Program-made: the position numbers and the translations under genes
Shown here: positions 28,122 to 38,522 of the stretch, in pieces
Position numbering within the stretch: position 1 is the first letter of the stretch
Layout: each line of letters opens with the position of its first letter
The notes under the pieces: generated by a model
Told to the model about the DNA's origin: nothing
The model's database searches: none
The model's input: the letters and a program-made list of their open reading frames with translations, nothing else
NCBI GenBank assembly: GCA_963700285.1
Contig: CAVOXA010000015.1
Coordinates: forward strand, 228,715 to 292,714
Length of the DNA: 64,000 nucleotides
Origin: an uncultured Chloroflexia bacterium
GTDB taxonomy: Bacteria; Chloroflexota; Anaerolineae; JAAYZQ01
Reading direction: 5' to 3'

Positions 28122-29690
28122 CTACGGTGCGGCAAACTCCACAATAGCCATGCCCAACCCGTCCACCGTCACCGGCACCTGAATGTCAGCTCCCTCCGGT
28201 TGCAGGTAGTAGGTACTGGGCCACAGCCCGCCAAACTCACAGGCATCAGACCCATATTCGGGCTTGGTGCCTGTCGTGCAAGTGGCGTGCCAGCCTCCCC
28301 CACCGGTGATTTGTACTGGCACACCTCTCCAGTTGAGCACGCGCACGACGATCACCGATGAGACCCCCGTACGCCCAGGCCTTTCCCCACTGCTGTTGCT
28401 GGCCACCCAGCCCCGCCAACGCGGTGCTGCCGGAGCCAAAGTGGGCTGAAAGACCGCCAGGGGGCCGACCGTTGGGATCCGGGTGGGCGCTCCACCGGCG
28501 AGAGAGGTGGCCGTAGGCTGAACCGGAGGGCGGGCTGGCTTTGGAGGCACCGCGGAAACCTCATCGAAGCGCACCAGCGCCCAGCCCCACCCATCCATGG
28601 TGATCTCGGCGCTGGTACTGAGCCCCTTGGGTGTGATGGTGTAGGTCCCGGCCCGCAGCGCGCCGAATTCACAGGCATCGGGCCCATACTCCGGTTTGTA
28701 TCCGGTCTGGCAGGTGCCGCTCCAGTTGCCCGACTTGATCTCAACCTCGTGCCACGGCCGGCCCGCTACCACCACGGCGATGGCCGAGTTGACGTGCTCA
28801 GTCGGCTCGGCGCCACTGGTGTTCTCGGCCACTGAGCCGGCCCAATGGAACTCGGCCTTGCCAACCGGATAGAACGCGACCAGCACAAAGTCGCCCGGCT
28901 CCACTTTTACATCCAGGTGTGTTCCGAGCTCACACGGAGTGATGCGATAGATCCCAGACTGCAGTGCGCCAAACTCCAAGGCGTCGGGGCCATGTTCCGG
29001 CTTGGTACCCGTTTTTTGGAGGGCGCCCCAATCTCCAGATCGGATCTCAACCTGCTGGCCCGCAGGCTGGCCAACCACGCGTACGGTGACGGAAGCCCAA
29101 TGAACACCCATGGGGTTCTTCTCATGGCGCACGACGCGGCCATACCAGCTCTGTGCAGGCTGTGGTTGGTGGGTTGGCGCGGGTGGTTGGGGCGTGACCG
29201 TAGCCGGTTGCGGTGTAGCCCATACCTGGACGCGAGGCGTGGTCGTGGGCAGGCGGGGTGTGTACGTGGGCGTTGGGGCGCAGGGGCTCTGGACAAAGTT
29301 CACCCGCGTATAGTTCTTGCCGTCCAACCAGATCTCAAAGACGATACCCAATCCTTGAGGCTCGATGAAATAGATCCCTTGGCTTAACGGGGCAAACTCG
29401 GCCACAAAGGGGCCGTATTCCGGCTTGGTATTGGTATAACCCACCGTGTTAAAGTCCCCTAGCGAGTGGACTCTTACTGGTAGCCAGGGCTTGCCCCACA
29501 CCGACACCCGCAGCACGCTTCCAATCAGGCTTACGTCGGTTCGCTGCTCGGTGATTGTCGCTCTCCAGCAACTGGCGGCCTGGACGCCGGGCTGCTGGCC
29601 TCCCGATCCCCATAGTAGTTGGCTGGCCAGAACCGCGATTGCAGCCAAAGCCAGCCAACCCCACCTGAAGGATCTCTTGGCTTGGACCAC
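28122..29690 (-). CDS. Secreted protein with four ~95-aa beta-rich repeats and Pro/Thr linkers
   Basis: Signal peptide; four copies of T(G/N)xKPE(Y/H)G..(A)xEFxxL..G.Y.I.P. Confidence 0.8.
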   Translation of the reverse strand: MVQAKRSFRWGWLALAAIAVLASQLLWGSGGQQPGVQAASCWRATITEQRTDVSLIGSVLRVSVWGKPWLPVRVHSLGDFNTVGYTNTKPEYGPFVAEFAPLSQGIYFIEPQGLGIVFEIWLDGKNYTRVNFVQSPCAPTPTYTPRLPTTTPRVQVWATPQPATVTPQPPAPTHQPQPAQSWYGRVVRHEKNPMGVHWASVTVRVVGQPAGQQVEIRSGDWGALQKTGTKPEHGPDALEFGALQSGIYRITPCELGTHLDVKVEPGDFVLVAFYPVGKAEFHWAGSVAENTSGAEPTEHVNSAIAVVVAGRPWHEVEIKSGNWSGTCQTGYKPEYGPDACEFGALRAGTYTITPKGLSTSAEITMDGWGWALVRFDEVSAVPPKPARPPVQPTATSLAGGAPTRIPTVGPLAVFQPTLAPAAPRWRGWVASNSSGERPGRTGVSSVIVVRVLNWRGVPVQITGGGGWHATCTTGTKPEYGSDACEFGGLWPSTYYLQPEGADIQVPVTVDGLGMAIVEFAAP

Positions 29691-29729
29691 GTTGTCACCC
29701 CCTGTTTCTCCTCTTTCCCTGTGCGCAAC

Positions 29730-31195
29730 CTATTGGCTCTTGATGCGCATGTAATACAGCGCCGACTCCAGGTACTCCCTGAGCGTCATCTTGAAGGGGA
29801 ACATGCGATTCTTGATGGCCCACCCCTTCCACAGCTTGTAGACCAGCCAGAAAACCTGGTTGGAGGGCCAGCGGATCAGCCGGCGGATCACGGGCAGCAG
29901 CCAGGGGAACTCGACCCCCAGGGCAAAGAGCTTTTGCAGATTCTCGATCTGCCGCTTCTCCGCCTCACTGCCGAACTTGATGACGGTGTCGTCGCTGACC
30001 GAGCCTGACAGATCATCGAAGGAGCCCATCATCCAGCCATGCTCGTAGGCCCACTCGCCCAGCGCCGGTCTTGGGATAGGGCTGGAAGAGAAAGACGTTG
30101 GCGTAGGCTGGCCGGCACTGGGCGTTGAGTTCCAACGTCTCAAAATCGGTCTCCAGGTTGCCGGTGGGCAGGCCCAGCATGTTGTTGGTCATAAAGGCGA
30201 TGTCGTGCCGCCGCAGGATGTCGGCCGCGCCCAGGATCTCCTCGCGGCTCATGTTGCGGTTCAGGACCGCGTTGCGCAGCTCGATCGTTGCCCGCTTCCA
30301 GCCCAAAGCTGACTGACACACAGCCAGCATCCTTAAAGAGGGCGATCTTTTCGTCGGTCACCAGGTTGGCCCGCACCTGGCACCAGAAGGGCAAGCCGAT
30401 CTCGGCCTTGTAGCGGGTCATGAACTCGTTCAGCCACTTGTCCTGCAGGATGAAGGTGTCGTCCATGAAGAGGACAAAGCGCACGTCGTACTGCGAGGTG
30501 ACCTCCTGCGAGTTCGCGGATGACGTTGTCCGGGCTGCGGCGGCGGAAGCGGCGACCCTGGCCCTCGTACAGGTCCGAGTAGGCCTTGTTGAAGCAGAAG
30601 GCGCAGTCGTAGGGACAACCCCGCCCGGTGATGAAGCGGCTTGATCTTGGTGCGGCGGCTCTGCTCGTGGGCAGCGTAGAGCAGTTCCCGGTCGGAGAAG
30701 GGAAGCTCGTCCAGTTCCTCACCAGTCAGCAGCGGGCGCAGTGGATTGCGCACGATCTCGCCGTTGAGCTTGAACCACCAGTTGGGAATGGCCGGATCGA
30801 GCAAGTGCACCCCGGGGCAGCCATCCGCCGTTGCGCTCCAGGGCGTTCATCAGATCCAGGGTGGCATACTCGCCCTCGCCGATGCACAGGCCATCTACAC
30901 CCTCCCGCTCGATCATCTCTGGGAAAAAGGTGGGGTGCGGCCCGCCAAAGATCGAGAACACGCCCGGCAACTGGGCCCGGATGCGCTGGTTCAGTTCCAG
31001 GTACCAGGTATGCGGTCCGGTGTAGACGGTATAGCCCACCACGTCGGGCTGCAGCCGCAGCGCGGCCTCGACCGGGTCCTCCTCGCTGGCCACCACCAGG
31101 CTGACCTGGTGCCCTGCCTGCTTTAGCACGCTGCTGATGAGCAGGATGCCCTGGGGCTCGTTGTCGATTTCTTTGACGATGAATAGCAAGTGCAA
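29730..31195 (-). CDS. B12-binding radical SAM protein, paralog 1 (frameshifted)
   Basis: [56 protein letters not shown]; several frames. Confidence 0.85.
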
Positions 31196-31289
31196 TGTAC
31201 AGGTCTCCTAATTCCAGGACTCGATGCGGACAAAGGTCTGCTGCACAAGAATTTATCCTGGGACACCGGCGGCAGGGTCTGCCCACCTG

Positions 31290-32756
31290 TCACGATTTGA
31301 TGCGCATAAAGTGCCACGCCGTCTCTACCATCTCCCGCAGGCTAAGCTTGACCGGATGGACCCGGTTCTTGATGGCCCAGCCCTTCCAGCCTTGTTCAGC
31401 AGCAAGAAGAGCGGATTGTCCGGCACTTTCATCAGCCGCTTGATGAGGGGCACCAGCCGGGGCCACTCGACACCGATGGCAAAGAAGCGCTGCAAGACCG
31501 CCAGTCCACGCTTGTGTGCCTCGTCGAACTCGAGCACCGAGTGATCCCAGGCCACCTCGCCGATGTCGTCAAAGGTACCCACCATCCAGCCGTGCTCGCG
31601 GGTGAACTCGCCCAGCTCGGTGCGGGGGTAGGGCTGGAAGATAAAGACGTGGGCGTAGGACGGGCCGGGCTTGGACGTTCAGCTCCAGGGTCTCGAAATC
31701 ATCCTCCAGCGTGCTGGTGGGCAGGCCGATCATGTTGGTCGTCGTAAGGTGCAGCCCGCCCTCGCGGATGAGGTGCGCCGCCTCCAGGATCTGCTCCTTG
31801 CTCATGCGCCGTTTGAGCAGGTCGTTGCGGATCCGGTCGTTGCCGGTCTCGATGCCCATGCTGACCAGTGGCAGCCGGCCTCCTTGAGCAGGCGCACCTG
31901 CTCGGCCGTCACCAGGTTGGCCCGCGTGTTGCAGAAGAAGGGCAGTCCGATCTGGCGCGGGTATTTCTCGGCGAATTCGGCCAGCCACTCGGCTTGGACA
32001 GCACAAAGGTGTCGTCCACAAAGACGACAAATTCCAGGGGATAGTGGTCGCGGACCCAGCGGACCTCCTCGATGACATTGTCCACGCTGCGCTGGCGAAA
32101 GCGCTGCCCCTTGCCGCGATAGATCTCGGACAGGGCATGGTTAAAGCAGTAGGTGCAGTTGTAGGGACAGCCACGCCCGGTGAGAAAGTGCTTGATCTTG
32201 CCCCGGGCTGCGATGGGATCCCGCTCGTAGACCAGCGCCCGGTCGGGGAAGGGCAGGCTATCCAGGTCTTCCACGTAGGGCCGCACCGGGATTGGTGATG
32301 ACGCACGGTTCCGGCTCGCCGTCTGTGCTGGAAGGACCAGTTGGCCAGGCCCAGCACCGCCTCGGCGCCACCCTCGGCCAGGGCATTGACCAGATCGACC
32401 AAGGCCTCCTCGCCCTCGCCCCGGCAGATGCCGTCCACACCCGGTCCTCTGCGGACCATCTCGGGGAAGAAGGTGGGGTGCGGCCCGCCAAAGACGGAAA
32501 AGACGTCACGTCCGAGCGCTGTACTTCGGCCTTGAGCCGCTGGTTCACGTCCAGATAGTAGCGCTGCGAGCCGGTGATGACCGAGTAGGCCAGCCACGTC
32601 GGGCTGGAACTCGCGGGCAACCGCCACCGGGTCTTGGTGCGCGCCCACGGCCAGCTCCACCTGGTGGCCCGCTGCCTTGAGGGCGCTGGACAGGTGCATG
32701 ATGCCCTGGGGCTCATAGTCAGTCTGCTGAGCGACGAACAGTACGCGCAAGATCAT
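31290..32756 (-). CDS. B12-binding radical SAM protein, paralog 2 (frameshifted)
   Basis: [52 protein letters not shown]; ends FMRIKS, matching YMRIKSQ of paralog 1. Confidence 0.85.
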
Positions 32757-32894
32757 ATCCCTCTGAGAAAATAAGGTCGCCCCACCGAGGCGGAGCGACC
32801 CTGCAACCAGGATCAGTCTACCACAGGACAGCTCCCATGACAAATCGGACCGCTCAGGTCAATATCCACGTCCGCAACCCTCCAGGCGAGCACA

Positions 32895-34931
32895 CTACCA
32901 TTCAATGACAGACGTCATGGCCGGATGATCGGATTGCGGGCCGGGCAGGTACTCGGAAGCGGTGACGCTCGTTCCCGGCGACACAAAGATGTGGTCGATC
33001 CTCGCGGCCGGATCGATTCCCTGCCCATCATTGCCCTGCGGCCACACGAGCAGCCAAGAATCATCCAGTACGTCGGTCGTCAGCCGGTACTGGTCCGTAT
33101 CCGGCCGGAAGTTAAAGTCTCCCATGAGAACCAGGTTCTCCGTGCCCGGCAACGATTGCAAGATCGCTTCCTGCTGCACCATGGGCCCACCATTGCCCAG
33201 GTGGGTCACAAGCACGTCAAAGGTCCTGCCCCCGACTGTCACCTGCGCCTCGATGGTCGCCGTCTGTTCTCCCTCGCTGTACATGTAAAAGGTCCTCGGA
33301 TTCTCGATGGGAACCTTGGAGAGCAAGGCGATGCCAAAGGTCCCCGGCACCGTCTTGGGGCCATAGTAGGAGTACAGGTCCAACCCATCGGCAAAGTACC
33401 GCACCACGTCGCGGTTTCCCCCGGCGATGCGGCTGGTGTCGGATTCCTGCAGCCCGATTACGTCGGCATCTACCTCCCGAAGCAGATCAAGCTGACCCTC
33501 ATAGTTTCTGAGACCGGCCTCGCTGTACCCCTGCCGGATGTTGTAGGTCAGTATCTTCAGGGTACTCTGCTGGGCCGGCTGAGCGGCTGGGCTCGCGGCG
33601 CTGAAGACAGCGCCGGCAACGGTAAGCACGGAGACAAGTACAACCACAGCAGAGAAGGCCCTGCCCAGCTTCAGACCGGCCGCCTCTCGGGCGAGATCGA
33701 AGGTGCGCAGGCGCACCAGCAGCACCGGCAGTGTCAGGACGAGACCGCCCAGCAAAAAGACGAACCAGAATTTGTCCCTGAAAAAGGGAGCCACCACCGG
33801 GATATAGTCATAGACGGTAGTGAACACCTGGGCAAAGATCATGAACAGGAGATAGAGGGAAGCCAGGCTGAACCCCCCGCCATGGGACCGCAAAGAAGGC
33901 TTGCTGGCGACGAGTTCCTGAACAAACAGGATCAAGTCAATGAGAATCACGGGGAATAGAACCAGCATAAGAAACAGAGGGATGTAGTGCAAGGACGCTA
34001 CGACAGGCTCTGGCAACGGATAGGCGCTGGCAGAAACCGGGAACCTGATCTGATGGGCAAGAATGGCCAGCACCATGGAAAGCACAAAGAGAAGGTTCCA
34101 TACCAGGACCTTCGCCAGCGTCAGCACAACCAATAGGCCAGGTTTCGATGCCAGCAAGAGAGCGAACAGACAAAGCACCAGTACGACGGCCGCGATGATG
34201 AGCCGGTAATCGGCCCCCGCCCAGCGGGCGATCACGTTGGGACTGGCAAAGGCAAAGTAACAGAGCACGAACACAGCAACCAATCCCAGGCAGAGGCCGG
34301 CTGTCTTCCAAAAGCTGGGCCGGTCGCCCACACCAGCCTCGTCCATAGCCTCTGTTCCATCTGGTTGGGGTTCAACAGAAGGTACCCTATCGGGCCTCCA
34401 GAGGAAGAACATCAGCGCGCCGGCTACGATGGCCAGAAACCAGCCGATGATCTGATACCAGCCGGAGCTAGAAATGTCGCTGCCCGAATTCAGCGTCCTG
34501 AGAAGGATGGAGAGCAAAAGCCCGAGGGACAGGCCCAACCCCACGATCAAGCCAACAAATCCCCGTCTGCCGTCTTTCTGATTCCTGAGGACAAGGGGGA
34601 GAAGGATCAGGAAGCAAGCCACCCCGAATCCGGCGATAAGCATTTTGCCCCTGGTATCGACCAGCGGGGTGATGACCCTGCAAGCAAGCATCAATGCCCC
34701 CAGAAAGACCGGAGCCCATCTTGCTGGCCTTTGTGGCAGGAAAAGCAGGATCACGGGGGAGAAGAGGAGCAGCACGCTGGCGATTTCGACCGGCAGGCTG
34801 GTTCCCAGCAGGCCAAAGGCATAAATGGCCTCGACGAACTCGGAGATCAACTGGAGGAAAAACAGAAACAGAATGCTATGGAGTACAATGTCCGCGAGCT
34901 GGCGATCCTTCAGCGCATCTGGTAAAGACAT
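32895..34931 (-). CDS. Polytopic membrane protein with C-terminal EEP domain (CWH43/PGAP2IP-like)
   Basis: Long multi-TM N-terminal region, then TYNIRQG, DVIGLQESD, THLGN, LMGDFN, IDHIF, SDH. Confidence 0.8.
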   Translation of the reverse strand: MSLPDALKDRQLADIVLHSILFLFFLQLISEFVEAIYAFGLLGTSLPVEIASVLLLFSPVILLFLPQRPARWAPVFLGALMLACRVITPLVDTRGKMLIAGFGVACFLILLPLVLRNQKDGRRGFVGLIVGLGLSLGLLLSILLRTLNSGSDISSSGWYQIIGWFLAIVAGALMFFLWRPDRVPSVEPQPDGTEAMDEAGVGDRPSFWKTAGLCLGLVAVFVLCYFAFASPNVIARWAGADYRLIIAAVVLVLCLFALLLASKPGLLVVLTLAKVLVWNLLFVLSMVLAILAHQIRFPVSASAYPLPEPVVASLHYIPLFLMLVLFPVILIDLILFVQELVASKPSLRSHGGGFSLASLYLLFMIFAQVFTTVYDYIPVVAPFFRDKFWFVFLLGGLVLTLPVLLVRLRTFDLAREAAGLKLGRAFSAVVVLVSVLTVAGAVFSAASPAAQPAQQSTLKILTYNIRQGYSEAGLRNYEGQLDLLREVDADVIGLQESDTSRIAGGNRDVVRYFADGLDLYSYYGPKTVPGTFGIALLSKVPIENPRTFYMYSEGEQTATIEAQVTVGGRTFDVLVTHLGNGGPMVQQEAILQSLPGTENLVLMGDFNFRPDTDQYRLTTDVLDDSWLLVWPQGNDGQGIDPAARIDHIFVSPGTSVTASEYLPGPQSDHPAMTSVIEW

Positions 34932-34989
34932 GATGGCTCCCTGCAAGATAAACCCTCAGGCCCAGCGTTTGGATCTATCGTCTAAGAGT

Positions 34990-37578
34990 TTACCGTAGGA
35001 CCTCTACTGGCCCCAGGTCGAGATCGCTGCCCAGAGGGATCTGCCAGCAGCCCCACGGAACAGGCTGCCCATCGCGCATCACGCGCATCTTGAGCCGGTA
35101 GCTCCCTGGCGGCATGCCGTCAGGGAGCTGAGAGGCAATCCACTGGCGAACAACTTGCCCAGTCTGCCAAAAATCAGAAGGATAGCGACTGCCCATTGGC
35201 TCCTCGGCAAGCAGGGTTTCCTTGTCTCCCTCCAGCCAGAGCGCCAGACGCAATGCGCCGGCGGGCTGTTCCCGTGCCTGCCACAGCAGCGTCAACGGCA
35301 AGCTATCGCCAGGGTGGAAGGCTGCTTCGGGGTCTGGCGGGCTGAAACCCAGCAATTCTACGTCGCCATAGATAGCGCAAACTGTCTCGCCCTCGCTTTC
35401 CTCCAGCGCCCAGCGCGGCGGACGAGCCGGGTTTCCCTCCAGATGTACAGGCGCCAGCTCAGCGCGCCCCAACTCGGCGCCGGTATCCGGCTCGTATACG
35501 ATGACCAGGGGTGTATACTCGCCGGGAGACAAACCCGATGGAAGCGGGATCTCGTAGGCATCGGCCACGACTTTGCCGGGCTGCCAGGCCGTGACGGGAT
35601 AGGCGCCCGAGACCGGCTCAGCATCGATTGCGGCGACCACCTGGCCACCGGCATCCAGCAGCCGCGCCGAGACCTTGAACGGCTCGTCCAGGCCTTCCGG
35701 CGCCTGCCACCACAGCCGCAGCCGTACCCATGCCTCCCAGTGCCCCCGGTGTTCGTGCAAGCCGTAACCCAACAGATGCAATCCTGGGGCTGGCTCCAGC
35801 TCTGTCGGACGAGGTATATTCGGCGCATCATCTTCGGGCTTGCCTGCCCGGATGAGCGTCTCCAGGTCTCCGGCCACGTCTATCATGCCAATGACGGAAC
35901 CCAAGGCCAGTTCGTCGCCTAGACCGGGCAGAGGACGGGTGATGTAGGTTGACCGGCCGCCAGCCAATGCCGTCTCGATGGCAGCCCGCCGGGACTGCTC
36001 GTTGTCGGCGACCACCGTCTCAATGCCAGGGAGTAGGCCGGCTGTCCTCTGGAAATAACGCAACAGCGTCATTTCACCCAGCAAGCCGACGATCGTGCTG
36101 TCAGGCGGCAGGGACTGCTCTGACACGTAAAGGCCGTAATCGTGAGCGCTCCAGCGCTGGCTCAGATCGATCTCAGGATAGTTGCGCGCGGCGATGAGCA
36201 GGGGCTGGGCGATGGCCAGGAGGATGATCACGACGCCGCAAACAGCAAGCAAGCGGCGCACGGCAAGGCTGCTGCCCCGGGGACGGAGCAGATCAGCGGC
36301 ATAGTCCACACCCACCCCGATCCAGACTGCTACCAGTAGAAAGGCTGGGATAAAGAAAACCTCGACATCGGGCACGCGATAGACGAGGGCAAAGGCGGCA
36401 TAGGTCAGAAAGGCCAGACCGGTCAGAGCCAGGGCCTTGGGCCGGCGCAGCAGACCAATGAGCCCCACCAATGCCAGGGCCAGCCCAACGGGGCCAAACT
36501 GCCTCCAAAATAGCTCGGCATGGAAGGCGGCGTCCAGGTCACGGGCCAGAGGATTGTCGCCAAGGAATACGTTGTAGCCGCTGGCCATCACCCATCCCCA
36601 AAAGCCCCGCCAGGTATTGGTGTAGGCGCCGTCCAGCGAGCCCACGTGTCCCCGGATGGGCAGATAGAAATACAGAAGGAGCGGGGTGACAAAACTGAGG
36701 AACAGTAGAATGACGGGCCGGCCGGTCCATTGACGCCAGCGCGGCCGATCCTGGTGTTCAGGGCCAAGCAGCGCGGCCCGGCCCAAGACGCGCCGTTCGA
36801 CGAGCAGCACAAAGACGAGCAACGCCGGGGCCAGTAATAGCATCATACGGTGGTGGGTCAGGCTCAGGCCATAGAAAGCCGCCAGGACATAGATCCAGGG
36901 GTGGACCTGCAGGCGCCGCCTGGGCGGCACCGCTGGGAAAAAGCGGCGATAGGCGGTATAGATACCAAAGATGGCCCGGCGGATGGCCAAGGGCACGCGC
37001 GACCAGAAGCCCTGACCTGGCATCAATCGTGCCGGCTGTTCCTTTGGAGCGGTTTGCAGCAGCCAAAAGGGCGTCACGGGCGCCAAAGGCTGCCGCGACC
37101 AGCGCAATGCCAACCACGACATGGCAGCTACAAAGGCAGCGTTCAACGCATAGACCTCGGCGATGACCGACTGGGACCAAAAGACAGGGGAAGCCGCCAG
37201 GGCAACGGCTCCCAGCAGGGCCGGAAGTCTGCGGCGGGTCAGTTGGCGCGTGAGCAGGTAGACGAGGGCCACCGCGGTGGCAGCCGCCACGGCCGAAAGC
37301 AAGTTCACCGCCCACGCAACGTTGGGAAAGGGTCCAAGGGTGAACAGCTTGCCCAGGAGCGTATAGAGAGGGTAGCCGGTTGGATGAGCGATGGCCAGGT
37401 CGTGGGCGACCAACGGGAACTCCAGGCTGTCGTCAAACAGCGTCGCCACCGAAGGGGCCAGCGTCTGGATGTAGACCAGTAGGCTGGCAGCGAACAGACC
37501 CGCCGCCAGCAGGCCATCGCCGGCCCGGTCCCACACCCTGCGCATGCCAGCCATGAAGGATTCGGTCTTCACCAACAC
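34990..37578 (-). CDS. DUF2723/TMEM260-like GT-C glycosyltransferase with Chloroflexi-type C-terminal domains
   Basis: TLAPSV..DDSLEF..IAHPTGYPLYTLLGKLF, FWSQSVIAEVYALN, SLTHH; C-terminal L.L.WQ..YP...WQPG.VV.D repeats. Confidence 0.82.
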   Translation of the reverse strand: MLVKTESFMAGMRRVWDRAGDGLLAAGLFAASLLVYIQTLAPSVATLFDDSLEFPLVAHDLAIAHPTGYPLYTLLGKLFTLGPFPNVAWAVNLLSAVAAATAVALVYLLTRQLTRRRLPALLGAVALAASPVFWSQSVIAEVYALNAAFVAAMSWLALRWSRQPLAPVTPFWLLQTAPKEQPARLMPGQGFWSRVPLAIRRAIFGIYTAYRRFFPAVPPRRRLQVHPWIYVLAAFYGLSLTHHRMMLLLAPALLVFVLLVERRVLGRAALLGPEHQDRPRWRQWTGRPVILLFLSFVTPLLLYFYLPIRGHVGSLDGAYTNTWRGFWGWVMASGYNVFLGDNPLARDLDAAFHAELFWRQFGPVGLALALVGLIGLLRRPKALALTGLAFLTYAAFALVYRVPDVEVFFIPAFLLVAVWIGVGVDYAADLLRPRGSSLAVRRLLAVCGVVIILLAIAQPLLIAARNYPEIDLSQRWSAHDYGLYVSEQSLPPDSTIVGLLGEMTLLRYFQRTAGLLPGIETVVADNEQSRRAAIETALAGGRSTYITRPLPGLGDELALGSVIGMIDVAGDLETLIRAGKPEDDAPNIPRPTELEPAPGLHLLGYGLHEHRGHWEAWVRLRLWWQAPEGLDEPFKVSARLLDAGGQVVAAIDAEPVSGAYPVTAWQPGKVVADAYEIPLPSGLSPGEYTPLVIVYEPDTGAELGRAELAPVHLEGNPARPPRWALEESEGETVCAIYGDVELLGFSPPDPEAAFHPGDSLPLTLLWQAREQPAGALRLALWLEGDKETLLAEEPMGSRYPSDFWQTGQVVRQWIASQLPDGMPPGSYRLKMRVMRDGQPVPWGCWQIPLGSDLDLGPVEVLR

Positions 37579-37709
37579 CTCATGGGGCTAATGATACCAC
37601 AAAAGGTGTGAAACACAAACCACTCTGAATTCCTTTCCTGCTGCCCTACCTGCCAATGAAACGTTCAGCCGATTCCACAAGGAAGCCGAACAACAGGGGG
37701 AGAACTTGG

Positions 37710-38516
37710 TCAGATCAGTGCAAGATCGAAGCCAAATTGCTTCTTCAAGAGAACTCTGTACTCGTCTTCACCATCAACAGGTTGTTCCGTTTTTATCCCG
37801 CGATCAGTGACGGTCAAATGCGTATCAGACAGGGTGATCCGGCCGGAAGGCGTGGCCCGGGTACAGATACGTCTCTGAGTGAATCCCGATTCGGGCGATG
37901 TCTGATGGTAGCGGCACATACCAGCGAAATCTTGTAGCTGCCGCGCCTGCAGGGTGAAGCAGTAATTGCGCTCCCACCGGCCATCATCTTGGTGCTGCCA
38001 GACGATGCGATGAATACCGTCATGTTCGATCCGGTAGGCGCCAACGGGCTCTTCCTGTACTTCAAGTTCGTCGAGGTGCAGCGGTTCCCGAAAGTTATCC
38101 CCAAAGCCAACATCAGCCAACCAACGGTTTGAGCCGCCCCTCCCTTGTTGGCCCCAGTCCATGCCTTCGACAGGATTCTCGATATGTACAAGCAAGGCCA
38201 GGTGGTCGAACTCTGGGCTGTAGCCCCCACCTTTGTGCGCCACCCGGGCTGACAAATAGGTTACGGAAAAGCCCATCTCCCGCAACAAGGCTGCAAATGC
38301 GGCATTCAGCTCGTAGCAGAACCCGCCACGGCGGCGGACGACGATCTTTTCAAAGAGGGCCTCCTCCGCAAGGCTGATGGGTCGCCCCAGGTGAATATCG
38401 AGGTTCTCAAAGGGCACGGCCAGCAGGTGCCTTCGGTGCAAGGCTCGTAGGGTATCAAGGCCTGGCGTAATTGGGCCATCATATTCGACCCGTTCAAGGT
38501 AAGCCCAGACATCCAC
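37710..38516 (-). CDS. Arylamine N-acetyltransferase
   Basis: VPFENLDI, RRRGGFCYELN, DHLALLV, WLADVGFG (Cys-His-Asp triad motifs). Confidence 0.92.
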   Translation of the reverse strand: MDVWAYLERVEYDGPITPGLDTLRALHRRHLLAVPFENLDIHLGRPISLAEEALFEKIVVRRRGGFCYELNAAFAALLREMGFSVTYLSARVAHKGGGYSPEFDHLALLVHIENPVEGMDWGQQGRGGSNRWLADVGFGDNFREPLHLDELEVQEEPVGAYRIEHDGIHRIVWQHQDDGRWERNYCFTLQARQLQDFAGMCRYHQTSPESGFTQRRICTRATPSGRITLSDTHLTVTDRGIKTEQPVDGEDEYRVLLKKQFGFDLALI

Positions 38517-38522
38517 GGCGGG

